From: a virus
Taxonomy: Duplodnaviria > Heunggongvirae > Uroviricota > Caudoviricetes
Strand: one strand, 5' to 3'
Virus record (IMG/VR): IMGVR_UViG_2534681990_000031
Length of the DNA: 39,588 nt
Positions 35,452 to 39,588 of the stretch are shown piece after piece. A model generated the notes under the pieces. The model ran no database searches. It worked only from the letters and a program-made list of their open reading frames with translations, and was not told where the DNA came from. The position numbers and the translations under genes are program-made. Position 1 is the first letter of the stretch. Each line of letters begins with the position of its first letter.

Positions 35452-35724
35452 TTACCCCTGCTGATTAAATTCATTACCTTTAATAACCCCGGAACGCATG
35501 CTCATATCTTTCATGAGCGCACTGGCTTTCATTGCCACAAGTTCAGCAAAGTCTCTGCTTTCCGCGAGCATAACCACCCCAAAAATCATGGCGGGTCCAT
35601 CACCTTTCTGCTTTATCCCGGTTGAACGTATGTCCAGACTTACCCCCATGCGCACTGTTCCATCAGCGTTTTTATGGATAACGTGCTCCTTGTATTCGAA
35701 AATAATGCGTACGACTTTACTCAT
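35452..35724 (-). CDS. hypothetical protein, paralog 1 of tandem pair (90 aa)
   Basis: Track ORF; ATGA overlap with upstream ORF. Confidence 0.5.
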   Translation of the reverse strand: MSKVVRIIFEYKEHVIHKNADGTVRMGVSLDIRSTGIKQKGDGPAMIFGVVMLAESRDFAELVAMKASALMKDMSMRSGVIKGNEFNQQG

Positions 35725-35927
35725 CCTCTGGTCCTCGTTCTGTTTGGATAACTGACCCGGCGTCTGACCTCACGGCAGAACCGAATCATGGCATTAAAGG
35801 CTTCTTCCTCCGTCACCGCTTCCGGTATCCCCGGAACCAGTAACTGCTCCTGTTCATCACGTCCATGACGCGCCATAACCTCAATCACATGCCGTACCGT
35901 GGCAGGCTTTCCGGCAACTATCGGCAA
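35721..35927 (-). CDS. hypothetical small protein (<=68 aa)
   Basis: Track ORF with TTG first codon; internal GTG/ATG starts possible; weakly supported. Confidence 0.35.
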   Translation of the reverse strand: MPIVAGKPATVRHVIEVMARHGRDEQEQLLVPGIPEAVTEEEAFNAMIRFCREVRRRVSYPNRTRTRG

Positions 35928-36002
35928 TGCACCTTCCGGCAGGACGTAACCAAACTCAATAAGACCACTCGACCACGCCCATGCAATGAGATTTTTTTCA
36001 CC

Positions 36003-36269
36003 TCACACCTCCCAGTAAACCGTGCAGCCGCTGATGCGGGTGGCCTTCACACGGCGGCGCAGGCCGTTGGTCTGTATGGTGATTTCAATTTCACCGGTTC
36101 CCTGCACGTTGCCTACCGGCGGCGTGGTTTTCAGTGCAAAACGTTGCGGATAGCGCTTACTGCGTTCCAGTACCGCACCGGCAAGTTCGGTCAGACGGCG
36201 CGCGCTGTTCAGGGAGTCGAATAAATTCATTTTGTTACCGCAGGATTGCATATTCATATAACACCTCAT
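36003..36269 (-). CDS. hypothetical small protein (<=88 aa)
   Basis: Track ORF; ATG at 36269 abuts upstream stop; several in-frame Mets. Confidence 0.4.
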   Translation of the reverse strand: MRCYMNMQSCGNKMNLFDSLNSARRLTELAGAVLERSKRYPQRFALKTTPPVGNVQGTGEIEITIQTNGLRRRVKATRISGCTVYWEV

Positions 36270-36497
36270 TTAGCTGACTTGTTTCGCACCAACAGAACGG
36301 CATATTCCGCTGTAAACGTCTGTCGCACCTTCGCGATCAAGTCCGGCAGATATCACCATTCGTGTGCGGTCATTAAATTCAAAAAGTAAATCGCCACATT
36401 CTTTATTTTCGGCCAGTGAAATCACCTTCACGTTATCGAAATTAACCAGGTAAAAGCGTCCGTAAATATCAGGAATATTAAATACCGCCATAATCAC
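36270..36497 (-). CDS. small protein at the position of Mu kil (75 aa)
   Basis: Track ORF immediately downstream of B with ATGA overlap; function by position only. Confidence 0.45.
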   Translation of the reverse strand: MIMAVFNIPDIYGRFYLVNFDNVKVISLAENKECGDLLFEFNDRTRMVISAGLDREGATDVYSGICRSVGAKQVS

Positions 36498-37426
36498 ACC
36501 TGTGAGAGTAATTCAGGGTTGGTATAAACCTCTTTAAAGGCCGCATTAATATGTTTTTCTGTCAGCGCCGCGCCTTCACCGCTGGCGGTGAGCCACGCCT
36601 GGTTAAGCGTATGTGTCAGAACGCGTAACGCTCCCGGCTTTTCAGCGATAGCCTGCATGACGGCCAGCTCGGCCTCACCACTGATCCCCCACGCCCTGGC
36701 AATGGCCAGCACATCCGCCTTTTTGGCCTTGCGAAGTTGTTTTGTACGGGCAAGACGGCTGAACAGGCGCGATAAATCATCAAAGGCGCGGCGTCCACCT
36801 TTAAACAATCCGCGCGGGTTACCAATAAGCACCATCCCGATCCCCGTGGCGTCCTGAATTGCCCGGAGTTGCTCCAGACCGTCAATACCCAGATGATCCG
36901 CCTCATCCACAATCACCAGTCCACGCGTTCCCATCAGGCGACGGCGGATGGCGCGGGATAATGCCCCTTTGTTCGCGCGGGTGTAATCAATCCCCAGCGC
37001 ATCGGCCAGCTCCAGCAGACACTCCGTGACGCTGGAGTGCGCGGGTGACAGGGTGATCATCCAGGTGTTTGGTTGCTCCTGGCAGTAATTACGGGCAGTG
37101 GCCGTTTTACCCACACCCGGTACGCCCACAATAACGTTAATACAGCCCATCAGACGAACCGCCTGAAACAGTGCGCGCAGCTCCTGGACTGTCTGCGTTT
37201 CCACAAACTGCGGCGGTTCCGGCAGTGCGCTTTGTTTATTCCAGTTTTCATACCAGGAACGCAGGGAAGCAGCCACAGCGGCGTTATCGCCTTTATATTT
37301 CCCCTTGCGGAAAGCCGATAATGTGCCGTCGGAAATTCCCGCCTCTCTGGCGATGGCATACTGCGTCAGTACGCCGCCATCAATAAGTTCATCAATGGTC
37401 TTGATTACATCGTTAATATCAGTCAT
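36494..37426 (-). CDS. B: MuB-like AAA+ ATPase target-DNA activator
   Basis: 310 aa; N-terminal HTH (TQYAIAREAGISDGTLSAF), Walker A GVPGVGKT, Walker B LVIVDEADHL; strong similarity to recalled Mu B. Confidence 0.9.
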   Translation of the reverse strand: MTDINDVIKTIDELIDGGVLTQYAIAREAGISDGTLSAFRKGKYKGDNAAVAASLRSWYENWNKQSALPEPPQFVETQTVQELRALFQAVRLMGCINVIVGVPGVGKTATARNYCQEQPNTWMITLSPAHSSVTECLLELADALGIDYTRANKGALSRAIRRRLMGTRGLVIVDEADHLGIDGLEQLRAIQDATGIGMVLIGNPRGLFKGGRRAFDDLSRLFSRLARTKQLRKAKKADVLAIARAWGISGEAELAVMQAIAEKPGALRVLTHTLNQAWLTASGEGAALTEKHINAAFKEVYTNPELLSQV

Positions 37427-37464
37427 ATTATTAACCTCTCATTTGATACCTTGTTTAATCAAAT

Positions 37465-37498
37465 AACCTGAGTCGCCGCTCGGGTTATTTTTTTATTT
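37465..37498. other. hairpin with T7 run in A-B intergenic region
   Basis: AACCTGAG-TCGCCG-CTCGGGTT then ATTTTTTTATTT on plus strand; adjacent ATTTGATACC shares the right-end repeat motif. Confidence 0.3.
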
Positions 37499-39588
37499 CA
37501 GGCCAGCGGGTCATTTTCTTTTAATTTCGCTTCCAGCAACTGCAATCCCCGCTGGAAATTACGCTCGTATTCTTCATCAGGTTCATCGTCAGCGACCGGT
37601 TGCTGAACGGTCACCGTATTACCCACAGGGCGGTATATGTTTTCCAGCCAGGGCTCCTGCGGCTTGTGCTCCAGCACGTTGACAACCTCATCCTCGGCAT
37701 CACGGATTTTTTCCTCTGCGCGTTTACGCATGCCTTTAAGGCGTTGCTGCTGTTTGTAGTATTCCGCGCTGACCGGGAAGGCTTCGCGTTTATTGCCGTC
37801 CCATACCGCCTCGCAAATCACGCTGCCATCCAGGCGACGTACGGTAATTCGTTCGGCATCATGAATGTCATAGCTGATAAGCACCTTACGGCCATGCTCG
37901 TCACGCAGCTCGGGCGCGTAGTAAATATTATTCAGCCAGCGTATTTCACAGCGTCTTACAGGGCGTTCCACCATCGGCCGGAACATATCCCGCAGCTCAA
38001 CATCGGACAGCCATTCAATTTCCGTGTCCTCTTCCGCCAGGCGTTTTTTTCTGAACTCCGCCGGGCTGTAATGCTTGCCGTTCGGCTTCACCGGTAATTC
38101 ATCGTGCGGCCGGTTGTTGTACCACTCAACACCGTCACGAATGGCATCAATCAGTTCAGACCAGGACGGTAAATCACGCATCGCTGACTGCTGCCGGGCG
38201 TTCAGCCGTTTGCCCTGTTGCAGGGCAGTAAATGCCGAGCGTAAATCGCGGTTGGTTTTGCGTAACGTCTCGCGATCTGCACCTTTCCCGAAATAGGTGC
38301 GGTATTTACGGGCTATGCGCATCGGTAATGTGCGGTTAAGCCGTTCGATAATGCCTCGTCCCTGCGGATTACCGGCAATCCCGGTCGGGTGATTAATCCC
38401 CAGTCGCGGCAGTATCCCCACAACCTCCTTATCCAGGATGTCGGCGGTTTCCCCGGAGCCGTTATCCGAGTAATACAGAAACGGTTTGCCGTGATGGCGA
38501 ATGCCGTGCTGTATGGCACCGGCTACGGCGAAAACATTTTCAGCCAGGTCAAGGCTCCAGCCCACCACAAAGCGCGTGCCACCGTCGATAACAAAGGTCA
38601 CTTCCGGTGCAAATGGCCGACCGTGAACCGGGTGTGCGCATTTCAGCTTCATGCCGTGACCGTCACCAATCCAGACATAATTCACCGGCATTCTGGACCA
38701 GTCGCGGCGCGTGAATCCCTCAAGCTGGCGGTATTCACTGCCGGTCACCCGGCCTTTTTGTTTCACCACTTCCGGCAGTTTCTTCATTGCGCGGCGAATG
38801 GAGTCATAAGACGGCATGATATCGAGCATATAAGGCTCATTAGCGTGCCGGTGCTGCCATTCAGCGACAAAATCCTCGTAAGCCTCGGTCATTGGTCGGC
38901 CGTTTGACTGGCGATACTGCGCCAGAAATTCGGGCAGCCAGTTAATATCTTCGGCTTTTATTTCCTGGCGCTTACCCGGTGCCAGTAAAAGCAGGCGTTC
39001 AGCGGCGTTCTGCGCCTTGTTAAAGGCCGCAATCCAGCGTTTCAGCGTGATTTCACTTAACGCGCGGCTGTTTCCCTTTTTGGCGTTCGCCGTCTCAACC
39101 ATTGCCACAATGCGCTCGTCCAGCTGCGAACGTGCCAGGTTGTCAACGATAAACCGGATAGCCTTCGCACAGCTGAAACCAGGTTGTTGCGCGACTTTCA
39201 GAACTTCGCTGACGATCGCGATTCGTGCATCAGCCACCTGGCGCTGGTTTTCAGTCAGGGCATTAAGGCGTTCGACCATCAGTTGTGGTGATCCGCGATA
39301 TGCCTCCACCGCATCAACCACGGCAGGCGAGCGTCTGGCCTTTGTCACCACTGGAGCCGGTGATTCATCGACTTTTTGAGTCATCAGTTGCAGGGCGTAG
39401 CGTTCACGTAATGCCTGCTGCGTCACTTCAGGTAAACAGTCGATGCTGTATTCAGTTGCTTTAGAGCCTGAGCGACGACGGGAACAACAGCTTTTCCCTT
39501 GTACGTAACGTTGTAATGCCTGGCGAATACCTTTTGTTGTAGCAGGCATTCCGGGCGCGCCAATCAGTTCTTTTGCAATGACATACAT
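37498..39588 (-). CDS. A: Mu-type DDE transposase A (starts at window edge; possibly full length)
   Basis: 696 aa; N-terminus ELIGAPGMPATTKGIRQALQRY...KATEYSIDCLPEVTQQAL parallels recalled Mu A DNA-binding domain; central DDE/RNase-H-like region (WIGDGHGMKLK...YYSDNGSGE); ATG is the last codon of the window. Confidence 0.9.
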   Translation of the reverse strand: MYVIAKELIGAPGMPATTKGIRQALQRYVQGKSCCSRRRSGSKATEYSIDCLPEVTQQALRERYALQLMTQKVDESPAPVVTKARRSPAVVDAVEAYRGSPQLMVERLNALTENQRQVADARIAIVSEVLKVAQQPGFSCAKAIRFIVDNLARSQLDERIVAMVETANAKKGNSRALSEITLKRWIAAFNKAQNAAERLLLLAPGKRQEIKAEDINWLPEFLAQYRQSNGRPMTEAYEDFVAEWQHRHANEPYMLDIMPSYDSIRRAMKKLPEVVKQKGRVTGSEYRQLEGFTRRDWSRMPVNYVWIGDGHGMKLKCAHPVHGRPFAPEVTFVIDGGTRFVVGWSLDLAENVFAVAGAIQHGIRHHGKPFLYYSDNGSGETADILDKEVVGILPRLGINHPTGIAGNPQGRGIIERLNRTLPMRIARKYRTYFGKGADRETLRKTNRDLRSAFTALQQGKRLNARQQSAMRDLPSWSELIDAIRDGVEWYNNRPHDELPVKPNGKHYSPAEFRKKRLAEEDTEIEWLSDVELRDMFRPMVERPVRRCEIRWLNNIYYAPELRDEHGRKVLISYDIHDAERITVRRLDGSVICEAVWDGNKREAFPVSAEYYKQQQRLKGMRKRAEEKIRDAEDEVVNVLEHKPQEPWLENIYRPVGNTVTVQQPVADDEPDEEYERNFQRGLQLLEAKLKENDPLA

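Larger units (their letters stand above)
1573..39588 (-). mobile_element. Mu-like transposable prophage, right end to transposase A (left end outside window)
   Basis: Canonical Mu gene order on minus strand: A (DDE transposase), B (Walker ATPase), gam, gemA, mor/C, lys, terminase, portal, F, G, I, T, sheath, tube, tape measure, baseplate, tail fibre, gin, com, mom; non-coding repeat-bearing end between mom stop (1718) and caiC start. Confidence 0.85.

Overview
The window holds the host gene caiC (carnitine operon, minus strand, 1-1554) followed by about 38 kb of a Mu-like transposable prophage. The phage right end abuts the caiC start region (junction near 1573-1600, not exactly resolved) and the left end lies beyond the window. 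All phage genes are on the minus strand in Mu order, read right to left: DDE transposase A, AAA+ protein B, a ~6 kb early block of small genes including Gam and GemA, a single Mor/C-type activator, a lysis cassette, terminase, portal, F, G, I, major head, connector proteins, sheath, tube, chaperone, tape measure, baseplate proteins, and a tail fibre whose tip sits in a ~1.4 kb Gin-invertible segment. Between gin and com-mom there is a 3.4 kb cargo island with a NanS-like SGNH esterase and small ORFs. The only plus-strand coding is the silent fibre-tip cassette with its Tfa chaperone inside the invertible segment, and possibly one Cys-rich ORF in the cargo island. No rRNA, tRNA, CRISPR array or recognisable defence system was seen. 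The best candidates for undescribed biology are the small-gene clusters: an AT-rich four-gene insert in the early region, the tandem paralogs next to gam, and the two small genes beside the esterase. CDS coordinates come from the supplied ORF track; motif positions read by eye may be off by 1-2 bases, and at 3000-3125 my reading of the text disagreed with the track by one base. All family assignments rest on recalled motifs and Mu synteny, not on a database search.
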